Below, in pieces: positions 39,961 through 50,500 of a DNA stretch of 64,000 nucleotides. Numbering within the stretch: position 1 is the stretch's first letter; every line of letters begins with the position of its first letter. The stretch comes from Vitrella brassicaformis CCMP3155 (taxonomy: Eukaryota > Protista > Chromerida), in NCBI GenBank assembly GCA_001179505.1, contig CDMY01000698.1, forward strand, positions 231,137 to 295,136, read 5' to 3'. The notes below the pieces were generated by a model. The model was not told where the DNA came from. It made no database searches and saw only the letters and a list, made by a program, of their open reading frames with translations. The position numbers and the translations under genes were made by a program.

Positions 39961-41172
39961 ATAGCTGCCGGTCAGTCAGTCAGGTCAAGTCAGTCAGATA
40001 CCATAACTGCGTCCGCGTGTGAGTAGGAGGTAGATATGAAGGTAAGCAGCAAGCAAGCCGGCAATCCTTCGTCGAGTCCGTCGTCCGCCGGTCACACATA
40101 TAGCCACGCATTACGTAAGAGATGGACACGTAGAGGACCACATCACATCGCGCCACACACACCACTCCGACATGCACACACACGCACGCGCACACGCACA
40201 CTCTCAGTCAGTCCGTCAGTCACGTTAAAAAGGCAACACCGATTCTGCGTGTGGTCCCACACTGTGAAGGGGTGTTGTGTGTTCTCCTCACCAACCAACC
40301 AACGTCACACAAGCAAGACACACAGAGACACACAAAGACACATCACTCAAACCACACCGCCCCACAGCACACCACACCACAGCACAGCAGCCGCTCCCTC
40401 GTCTGTACACAGATAGAGAGAAATAGGGAGAGGTAGATAGAGAGGGGATGGATGTATCTTATCTGGCCTTTCACCCAGACAGACAGACAGGCAGGCGAGT
40501 GACGAACCAGAGCGCAAGAAACGGAACGCCAGCGACAGCAGCAGCCAAAGTGACGACTAACGAAAACCCCTCCATCCCTCCCTCCCTCCCTCCCTTCAGA
40601 CGACAGGCGATTAGATACCACACCAGACCACACCACACACACCATCACCATGCAGAGCCCTCGGTCGTTGCGTGATGTCGGTGTCCGCCGCCTGATTCAG
40701 CGCCTACATGAGCACGTGGGTGTGCCCTGTCGGTGCTGCAGCAGCCGGGGGCAACGCACATCAACCAACAACACAGTGGGACGCATCGCATCACATCACA
40801 TCACCAGCACGGCATCCATCCATCCATCCCATCGATTGTATCAAAGCAATGCTCTCCCCGTCCCCACACCATTCAGTCGTCCCACCCAGTCGACTGGTAG
40901 CAGAGCCAAAACGCAACGCAACGCAACACAACACAACACGGCAGGCAGCGGATCGGTCGCATCGCATCGCATCGCATCGCAGCACCGCCCCAACTCAACT
41001 GACTGGAGAAAAGTAACAAAGCAACAAAGCAACCAACCAACCTAAACCAACCCCTCTCCCCCTTGCCCAACGACTGACTCACAGATGTACGTGTGTATGT
41101 GTGCATCCATTCCATGTCCCCTCCCCCTGCCCCCTCCCCCGTTGGTGTTGGTTGGCTTGGCGGATGGATGGA

Positions 41173-43758
41173 TCACTTGTCCTCCATGGGCATGGGGTCG
41201 CCATGGGTGCCCTCCGACCCAGGAGCGTTGCTCTCCTTGGCCTTGTTGCCGCCCACATCCGGCTCCTCGCCCTGCTCACCACCAGCACCACCACCCGCAC
41301 CGGCAGCAGCAGGCATCCCCCCCTGCTGCTCCTGCTCACCCGCCGCCTCGGACTCCACCTTCTCCATCTCGACCCCCGGCTCCTGCTTCTCAGCCGGCCC
41401 CTCCTCGGTGCGGGCTCTCTTCTGCTCGGGCTCTCCCGTCCCAGCAGCACCAGCACCAGCAGCCGCCGAGGCGGACGCCGGCTGCGACGCCGAGCGCTTG
41501 GCGTCGGCGGGTGTCTCGCGCTTGACGGACTTGAACGTGCGGATGAGTGTGAGGACCTCGTCGCACTCGCCGGCGGTCTGGAGGCCGGCTGAGCATGCGA
41601 ATTTGATGCCGTCCTCGTCCTTGGTCTCAGGGACGAACTCCGAGACCTTGTTGCGGGTGCCGGGGATGTACCCGAAGTAGCGGAACGCCTCGGGGTTCCA
41701 CTCGATGGTCAGAGTCAGCTTGTCGTGCACCGGCGACACCGCACGAGCAGCACGCAGCAGACGGGCGGCGAACGTGTGACGAGGGTCTGATGCAACCAAC
41801 CAACCAACCAACCACACACGCACACACACAAGACACAACACACACACACATCAGCAATATGTGAGGCGAGCACATGCACCTCTGACGTACCGTTGGCAGG
41901 GGCAACTCTGCGTGCCTCCTCGGTGGCCTCGCCGGGCGGCAGCACCCCCACCGAGGGCAGCAGGGGTGTGTGGCCGGGCGTGGGGGGCTGGAACGTGTCG
42001 AGGACGGCGGCGTCCAGTCTGCTGGGGATGTTGAGGCTCTCGGCCAGCTGGTTGCGCTGCTCGACGGCGATGAGGAGGGCATCGCGCATCTTGTCCCACG
42101 TGTAGCCCTCGGGCACGACCCCCTTGCCGTAGTAGGTGCGCTTCTGGACGGTGAACTGGACCGTGAAGCGGCTAAGCGTCTTGGACCAGTAGATGCCCAG
42201 AGCCGGCAGCACCGGGCCGCGCCCACCGTTGCGGCGCTCGCCCAGGAGGCAGGTCTTGAGGTGTGTGAGCAGCAGCGTGGCCTTCTTCATGGCGCTGGCT
42301 GCGCTGCCGGGCTTGATGCGCGAGGTGGAGGTGCCGGATGCGTGGCTCATGCCGCCGTCCTCGGTGTTCATGCGGGAGGGCGGCTTGGGGACGGCCAGGT
42401 TGCGGCGCCCCGAGCCCCTGGCGCGCGTGGCCTCGTAGTCGCTGTCGTCGTCCATGCCGTCGTCCATCTCCTGCTCCTCCTCCTTGGCATCCTCGAGCGA
42501 GCGCATGATGACGTCCTCGAGCGTCTGGCCGTCCTTGCGCTGCGCCCCACGGGTCAGGCGCTTGGCGCGCTCCTCACCGTCCATGGCGCGGCCGCCCACA
42601 CGCACAGAGGGACCGCCGTCGTGGATCTCGCGTGGCATGTCGATCTCGAGGAGCCCGAAGCGGCGGGCCATCATGTTGCGGGAGCGGACGGCGTCGGTGA
42701 GGGACTTCTTGAGGCCGCGGAGGGTCCAGCGAGCGGGCTTGAAGCGGCCACCGGAGGCGTTCCACTGACCGCGGATGCGGGCACGGTACGAGTAGCCCTT
42801 GCTGTCCCAGTATACACCTGCACAACAGAGAGGAGAGGCGGACACACACACCACACCACACCACACAGACAGACAGGCAGGGAGGGAGAGGGAAATGGAC
42901 ACATGCTGGTGTGGCAGGCAATGTGGGTAGGGGCGGGAGGGTTTGGTTGCGTACCGATGAAGGTTTCGTTGCCAACGGACTCGCGCAGGATGTCGCACAA
43001 ATAACGGGCAATCGTCGAGCCCTTGGTCGGGCCCAAGTTGAGGTCCTCGTCTATCTCTGTGACACACAGACAGCCACGCACACCACAGCCACAGATGCAC
43101 CACCGACACCCGGCCCCTCCCCCGCCCCCCCGCCCCTGTCTGTTCTCGAGATATCTTCGTGCGTACCTGAGAGGTCGATGTTCTCTGACGACGGCTGGCG
43201 CTTGCCGGGGGTGACGGACCCGCCGCGCAGCTCCTTGGGTGAGGTGGCCGTGCGCCGTCTGACGCGCCGGCGGGCGCGGGAGGAGGTGGAGCCCTCCACG
43301 TTGGATGACGAGATCTCGTCGTCATCCGCATGGATGGCATCGAACATGGTGGGAGCGCCGTGGGGCGAGATCTGGTCATCCCCTGAAGCACAAAGACACG
43401 CATGCCACACAGAGATGTGTCTCACAGGCGGAGTGCCGTCCGTGTCGCAGGAAGGTCCGTCCGACAACCAGCCTGGTGTGTCCCCCCCGTCCCCCCTCCC
43501 TGTCCCTCCTCCCTCCCTACCTTCCGACAGGCGGTCGTGCGCCCAGAAGGAGGGGTCGAGTTTGTCGAGGTGCTGGAGGGCCTTCAGTCTGTCGTCAAAC
43601 GAGGCGTTCAGGAACTCGTCCAGGGACAGGCCCAGCTTCTTCAGGCCCGCCACCACACGCGGATGCATATCGTCCAGTCGAGGCGTCTGGCGTGGGCCGT
43701 CCTCCTCGGGCATCTTGGTCCCTCCACCGTTCTCCTGCTTGGGCTCCTCCGTAGCCAT
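41173..43758 (-). CDS. ApiAP2-type transcription factor with two AP2 domains
   Basis: AP2-1 GVYWDSKGYSYRARIRGQWNASGGRFKP...SLTDAVRSRNMMA; AP2-2 GIYWSKTLSRFTVQFTVQKRTYYGKG...ALLIAVEQRNQLA; ATG 43756-43758 (MATEEPKQ); terminal exon ends PMPMEDK* at 41173. Confidence 0.8.
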
Positions 43759-43904
43759 CTTCCTTCTCACCCCTTCGGCCTTTCTGACCTTCTAGACTCG
43801 GACAACAGACGTGTGCGCACAGAGAACACGAGCGGGAAAACCTGCAAGCTTGAAGCGGATCGCCGTTCTAGCTCGCACGCCAAAAGGGGAAGGAGGAGGA
43901 GAAG

Positions 43905-44769
43905 ATGGGGCCCATCAGCGCTGCTTGGATGTGGATCTTGCTCTCCCTGCCCGTCATCGTCCACGCTCGCAGGCCTGAGTCATGGCGCCTATTCTTTGCT
44001 ATGCAGCCACTCAGCACACCGGAAATGCCACTCAGGCAAGGGATTCATCGGCTCAGGCTGGCTGTCGACTCTCACTCGTTAGCTGTGGAAGACGCCGCAG
44101 AGAACGGCGGCAGCCCTGAAGACAAGTTCCCGCCCGGCCCGTGGACCACACCGATGCACTCTTACGCCACGACGTATGCCGAGGAGGGGCGCAACCTCAC
44201 CGACAGGGTGGCGCCGCGTGACGACACAAGCTTTCCCCGTCTCGAGTACTCGGAGATCTATCACAGCGGCATCAAGGAAGCCTTTCGGTGGCAACAGAAC
44301 CGGGAGGCTGTCTATATCTACGTTCCCCTTCCGCAAGGCACCACAAAGAGAGACCTGGATGTCGACTTGGAGGTGCATCCATACAGCCTGAGGCTCTGCT
44401 TGAATGGCGACACCATCATTGACGACTCGCTGAGCGAGCGGGTGAGGTGTGACGGGGTGTTCTGGACGCTGGACGAGGAGCAGCCGCTGGGCACGTTCCT
44501 CACCGTGTCCATGGAGAAGAAACTGCCCTACCAGAACTGGCAGGTAGGTCGCAACGATGTCAGTCGTTCGTTGCACTCAGTGCGTGTTGGATTGGTTACT
44601 GCAGAAACTGCTTGAAAGCGACCCGACGCCTGAGCTGGAAGAAGGGGAGAGGGAAAGGGAGAGTGGGTCAGAGCAGAGCGGTGTGGGTGATCCCGTTGCA
44701 AGTGCTGTAGCGAGACTGAGTGGTGTGGAAGGGGCCGTATCAGCTGACGCACATGAGGTGCCACCCTGA
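43905..44769 (+). CDS. CS (p23/NudC-like) domain co-chaperone with signal peptide + transit-like leader
   Basis: MGPISAAWMWILLSLPVIVHA leader; FRWQQNREAVYIYVPLPQGTTKRDLDV...FWTLDE...LTVSMEK is a typical CS-domain signature; one intron after NWQ, second exon KLLESDP...HEVPP*. Confidence 0.85.
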
Positions 44770-45240
44770 TGGTTGTGGCGCTATGTGGTAGAGACAGTGT
44801 GTGGATGAGCATATATGATGTTAGACGTTTGTTTTATTTGCCGTCAGTCAGTGCATGGATGTGAGGACTCCGCAAGCAGAAGAAGGTCTGGTCTTGGCAC
44901 GGATTGCACTCATTGCACCGTCGAGTCGCACCACATGCATCACCACCAACACAGAATTCTCGTATGCGCGCGTGTGTGGTTAATGAAAGACTCAAGGATC
45001 AAAGACCATAGGATTCCAGGATCTTCTCCTTTATGTATCCCCCGGTGTACAGGCGGCAAAAACTCACGTAAGAATTGTTGATTCCCGCCAGGAACTTGCT
45101 CATAGTCTGCAGCGCCTTCCAGCCACCGACTTTCGCAGTCATCCGCTTGAGGATTCCTTCTTCACATTCTTTCCAAGCTGGATACATACGCATTACCATC
45201 GACGCAGACGCGACAACCAGAGAGACAGTACTCCATCGAT

Positions 45241-47362
45241 TCATTCGACATGACCGTGTTTTGTTTTTCGGCATTGATTACTTTTCGCGTATCGCCAGGC
45301 CTCAACCGGGTCATCGGTGTTGATGATCCCCAGGTCGAATGCCAGGAGGAAGAACAGCTGCTCTGACGAGCCGCCAAGAGTGAGGTCGGACCACCAAAAC
45401 CGGATCGGCTTGCTTTTGGCGGGATGAGACAGAAAACAGACAAAGTCAAATGCGAAGAGGTGGTCCCATAGCTGTTCTTACCCATAGCTCCGGTACTTAC
45501 TCCGTGTCACCTAAGAATCAGAGACATGCAAAGAGAGAGGGAGACACGTGTGCCGCGTATCAAGCGAGTGCAGTGTGTCACTCCCACCTGTAGATCCGTT
45601 GCCATTTTTCGGAAGAATGCGTCTCGATTGGACAGGCTGCCGGAGGTGAAAATTGCAGCGACCCTGCAAATGGAAGTCTTGCACGCCTTCGCCGTGCCGC
45701 TCGCCAAAGAGGCGATGCCGATGCCCGACACATGATCTGCAGACACACCCAAAGGGGGAGGAGCAAGGCGTTCAGAGACACGTGTATGTCCGTGTCTTCA
45801 TACATGAGAAGTCTTGAGAAACAATAGGCACGATTTCGCCTTGCCACGCCTTCATCATGACAGTGGCAAAGCGCCTTGGCAGTGCGCTCGTTTCTCCGTG
45901 CTGCTTCTGCCTTTCCTTTTTTTACTTACCTCGCGCTGCGGGCCGTACTTCTGACAGCCATGTACCGTATGTACGTCTCCGCATGTGTCTTGTCAAAGTG
46001 ATGCCTCCTTTCTTAGGTACCTGTGTGAGCATCCTGTTGGTAGCCATGAAGTATTGCATGTGATCAGGCATGAAGTTGTTCTCGGGGTCACCCGGGTCAT
46101 CGTCGCCAACAATGGTGCCCATCCTGCAGAGGAGAATCACACGAGGTACACGGCACACGAGAAGCGTCTCATGATCATTCTTGCCTGCCATCGTATTGTC
46201 CAGCAAATGGTATCTCGTTGTCCAAGTGGCTAAACAGAGTCGGCAAGATCCTGGCGAGCGATGAATTCAGACACGTGAGACCGAAGTGTGGTGGGGTAAA
46301 ATTGCGATTGGTTTCCTTACTTGTTGCCTGCTGTCATGACCAGTGCGACCGGGTGCCGCACGTAACAAAACACCTTGGCACCAGTAGCTGCACACACACA
46401 GATGAGCTCCTCGAGGTGCATACAAACAGCCAGCTAACACCTGCCTGGGTCAGTGCAGTTGTGGCCGAAGTGAGAGAAGAGCGTCGGGTGCTGCTTGTGG
46501 AGAGACACAAGAACAGGAAAGAAGGAAAGAAAGAAAGACAGACAGACAGACCATGTACGTATACATTGATAACGGCGCTTGCCGAGTGACTAAGCTTGCG
46601 CCAAAGCTGCTGAATGTGCTCAAAAATCGGCTCCTGTTCGCTCTTACAGTCGAGAAGAATGTACAGCTGCTGTCCCTCGGAAGGTGTCACGTGTTCATCC
46701 CAGATGTGCCCCGTTTCTGCACATGAGATACTTAAGGTTGATGTCGGGTGCAATGGTCTCAGTCGTGTCTCGTTGATTGTTCGGCTCACTCGTCCACCTC
46801 TCCTTCAGTTTATCTACATATTGGCTCTCAAATGTGTGGCCAGCTCTCCAGAGCTCTTCCAGCCGGTCTGCACGACACTTCACACCAGCTGCCAGGTCTC
46901 TCACGGAAGGATGGTGCAGGACGAGCGACTTGAGGTTGCTGTCAGCCACTGAGTGCAGGCAGACATCGACTTCCACCCACTGGATGCCCAGGGACAGAAT
47001 AAGCTCGAGCGGGTGTTTGTGTCTATCGTCCCCGTGTGACAGGATGTTGGTGTACATCTGAGTGTAAGTATGACACAACCATGAAGGGACAGAGAGTCAC
47101 TTAGGAGGCAGGGAGCACTGTGACAAAGTCTTACCGAGTCGTTGTAGCCTTCCTGGAAGCTGATCTCTTCTATGGGTCCCTCTCTGGACGAAACGGCGGC
47201 CTCCTGGAAGCTCGTCCTTTCTATCGGTCCCTCTCTGGACAAAACGGCGGCCTCCAGAGGAAGGCGCAAATGCGTACGCGGGGCACCAGCCTGGGTCTGC
47301 ACGCTGCGGGCCGCAATGGAGAGGGCCAGTTGAACAACGAGAAGCTCCCATCTTGGCGACAT
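45241..47362 (-). CDS. Secreted PLC-like/GDPD-superfamily phosphodiesterase (AIM6-like), multi-exon
   Basis: Signal peptide MSPRWELLVVQLALSIAA; spliced motifs in order ILSHGDDRHKHPLELILSLGIQWVEVDV, LVLHH, LYILLDCK, LVMTAGN, YDGR, IVPIVSQDF, GKPIRFW, GIINTDD, matching the AIM6-type TIM-barrel pattern as recalled (SHNDY..PL..AL..G...VEAD, LLIDIK, TGN, DGR, PLIS, RFW, INTD). Confidence 0.72.
47151..47252 (-). repeat. 51-bp tandem repeat x2 encoding EAAV[L/S]SREGPIE[R/E][T/I]SFQ in the phosphodiesterase N-terminal linker
   Basis: Units 47151-47201 and 47202-47252 align with a few substitutions and keep frame (17 aa each). Confidence 0.85.
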
Positions 47363-47594
47363 TATTGATTGCGCAATGGACCGCTTTGCAAGGTGAGACG
47401 CGCGAGCCCCGGCCCAATGTCTGTCTGTACGGACGCTACCAGCGCATCATTGCCTCCTCGAGAGCTATCCCCCCATCCGCATGCATGCATGCAGGCTCAC
47501 TGAATGCGAGCTCGAAGCCCCCACGGAGCCTACAGCAGAGAAGAGAGAGAAAAAAGAGGAGAGCTTTCTACACCTCCAACAGACCCGTGACACC

Positions 47595-50500
47595 ATGTCA
47601 GGTCGTGCTGCGGGTTCGCAGCGGAGCTCCCTTCGGACCTCGCAAGGTCCCAGCGTGCCAGGGTCTTCACCCGCTGGCAAGGCCGCCAGCAAAGGGCTCC
47701 TGCGTTCTTCGACACGCCACTCTGTCGAGTCACAGCCAGGGCGGCCCCTCATCCCCTCGGAGCCTCCTCACCGCCCCAAGAGGGACTCTGCGCTGTCAAC
47801 TGAAGGTGGTCCACGCAGCACGTCCGCGGCGGCGAGCGGAGCAGGGAGCGCGTCGCCTCCCGCCCGAGGCACAGGCGGTCGCAAACCGCAACTGAGATCA
47901 CTCAAGACGAGCGCAGGGGCGGCGGTGGGGGAGTCAGAGCGGTCCGACAAGGGCGAACCTCCGCCGCCAAAGGTGAGTCCGAGAGGAATGGGCAGGTATC
48001 CCGTCCATCCGGATACGCTGCTGCATGATATCCCTCCTTGTATGTGTTCAGAAGCAGCCGTCTCGCAAGAACACATCTGGGATGGGTTTGAGTGGCCTGT
48101 CGCAGTCGCCAAGAGCGTCACAGTCGTCCAGCCAGCCGTCGCCCGCAGGGATCCTCAAGAAGGCACCTTCGCCTGCTGGCCGAGCTGAGGCGGACAAGAG
48201 GCTCAGCCAACAGAGCATTGCCAGTCTCGCCTCTGCTGCCTCAGGGCCCGGGTGCAAGGGAAGAGGGAGGAGGGAGGGAGACACCAACATTCCGACGTAC
48301 ATACATCTCGGCTTCCTTATTGCGTGCAGGGGCATTCCTATAGAGCTTCTCGCTCGCGACCGCGATGACGCTCTCAACAGGTCTGAGGGGTCCGTCGGAT
48401 CGTCGGTTAGCGGCTTCCTCTCCAATCCGCAGTGCAGCTCTGAGGACCTGGAACAAGAGAGAAAGTCGGCACAGCCTGACAGAGACACAAACACACATGA
48501 GGCGTGCAATTAAGACCGTTCATTCTTACAGGGGCGATATGAGTGGAGGAGAGGAGGAGCCTAAGCGTGACAGCAAGGCACAGAGTTTGAGTGGCTCGGG
48601 GGCCCGCCGGAGGTCGGTCATGTTTGGTGGAGGCAAGCAGGGCGGCAAGGAGGAGAAAGAGGTCTTTGAAGTCCCCACTGACCGCGCCAGTCGAGAAGCG
48701 AGGAAGAGCATCATGTTCGCCAAGTCGCCAAAGTACGGACGGGCGCGCAGCAGAAAATGCGAGGATGATTCTTGTCTGTACGTGTACGTGTGCGTCTGTG
48801 TCTTGCCAGGTCCAGTCCGAAGGCGAGCACGTCTCCGAAGGCGGTGTCTCTGAGCAAGGCGGGCAGCACGAGTCAGAAGAGCGTTGACGGCAAGGGCATC
48901 AAGGCCCTGCCCTACGTCAGGCTGTGGCGCCAGAAGATCCAGATGGTCAAAATGTCAGAAAAATTCGCAAAGGCACAGGAAGAAATCGAGCGGTAAGCCA
49001 GCAGCAGCACAGCAGCGAACAATGCACGTGCCCTCTTTTCTGTGTATGCCTGCACTTATAAACACGTACGTACGTCTAGGTTGGAGGACCAGGAGAGTCC
49101 CCCAAGCAAGAAGGGCGGTCTTTCGCGTGCAGGCACATACTCAAGACTATCATCACGGGCCAGCGAATTCTCAGAACGTATGACACACACCACCCACTCA
49201 TTTCGTCACATACGTCCTTGTCGCGCTCTGTATGTGCAGTGACCCCTCTGCCGGCCTTTGGTGGCCTCGCCCCTCCGCAGGCCAGGGGTGCTGCGCGGCG
49301 TGCCTCGATCGCCGTGCCGCCCGGCATGCCACTCAACCGCCGGCAGTCGATCGCCATCGTCAAGCAGCAGCAGCAATTTGAAGAACTCACCACGCAACTT
49401 GATGAGGCACAGGTGAGTGGGCAGAGAGGGACAGGACAGGACAGGTGAGCGGTGCTGATGCTGCGCGACCTGTGGCAGGAAAAACTGGAGGAGTTGAATC
49501 GCCTGAAGAATGCATTGGACGCCGAAAGGAAGGAGAGAGAAAGGTGCGCACCAGACAACGCACCCACGCCCCTTTATGGCTTTTCACAATGCGGGCGGGA
49601 TGTCTGTCTGCAGAATGGAGCAGTCTCTGCAGGAGGCGACCCGTGAGGCCACACAGTCGTCCAAAGCAATCTCAAACGCACAGGTGACCAGATGGGCACT
49701 GGTGCCGTCGCAAAGCTACGCAAACACTTGTGTCGCCCGTTGTATTTCAGGAGGAGAATCGGCGGCTCCGTCGGACGGTGCAGAACCTGGAGACAGAGCT
49801 GGTGGACCTGCAGGCCAGACTCACACACATACAAGAGAAACGGAGACGTAACACACACACACACGGGGAAAGGGGATGCGTATTCGACGATCTGTGTTTG
49901 TTCCTTTCTCTCGGTCCCGCAGAGAGTTTGGTGCATCAGGGCAGCCATGACAGCAGCCAGAGCACGGACAGGGATGCAGCGAGGGAGGCGGAGAACGAGT
50001 GGAAAACCACACAGGATCTGATTCTCCAGGCTAAGTGAGCTTACCTCGCCTCTCCATCCAATGAGTAAATGCCCATGCCTGCCTGCCTGCCTGCCTCCAT
50101 TGCAGAGAGCGTGAATACACGGCCAGGGTCGAGCAGCTCAAGAACGAGTGAGTGCCGATCGGCATATTGTACACCCATACACTTACAGTTTACGGCGCGG
50201 TGTCACTTCGTTTATGTCACTCTTGCTTCAGCCTTGAGAGCGAGCAGAGCCGTCTGGTGCTTGAGGTGGAGCAGTGGAAGGCCCAGGTGGATTCACTCAA
50301 CTCTACCGTCACGGCACTGAACAGCCAACTCTCAGAGAAAGAGGTCTGGGACGCACAACACATCACGCCAACAGCGCAACAGCACATTGAAAGGACAACG
50401 TTTATGTGGTGTCCCAGGACATGGTGGCCAAGCTCCAGCGTCATCTGACCGGTCACGATAGCGAGCGACGGATGTCCAACATACGTGCCGGCTCACTGGC

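Noticed and set aside
41970-43004. Long antisense ORFs (also 2804-3496, 59679-60296, 59840-61270 and similar)
   Set aside because: Shadows of GC-rich coding exons or read-through of introns, with no independent protein-like signal.
43749-43758. CCGTAGCCAT match to the dinoflagellate spliced leader
   Set aside because: Only 10 nt match, the rest of the leader is absent, and it is simply the reverse complement of the AP2 gene's first codons.
47151-47252. CRISPR-like or mobile repeat
   Set aside because: Two adjacent in-frame 51-bp coding units with no spacers and no cas genes, in a eukaryotic gene.
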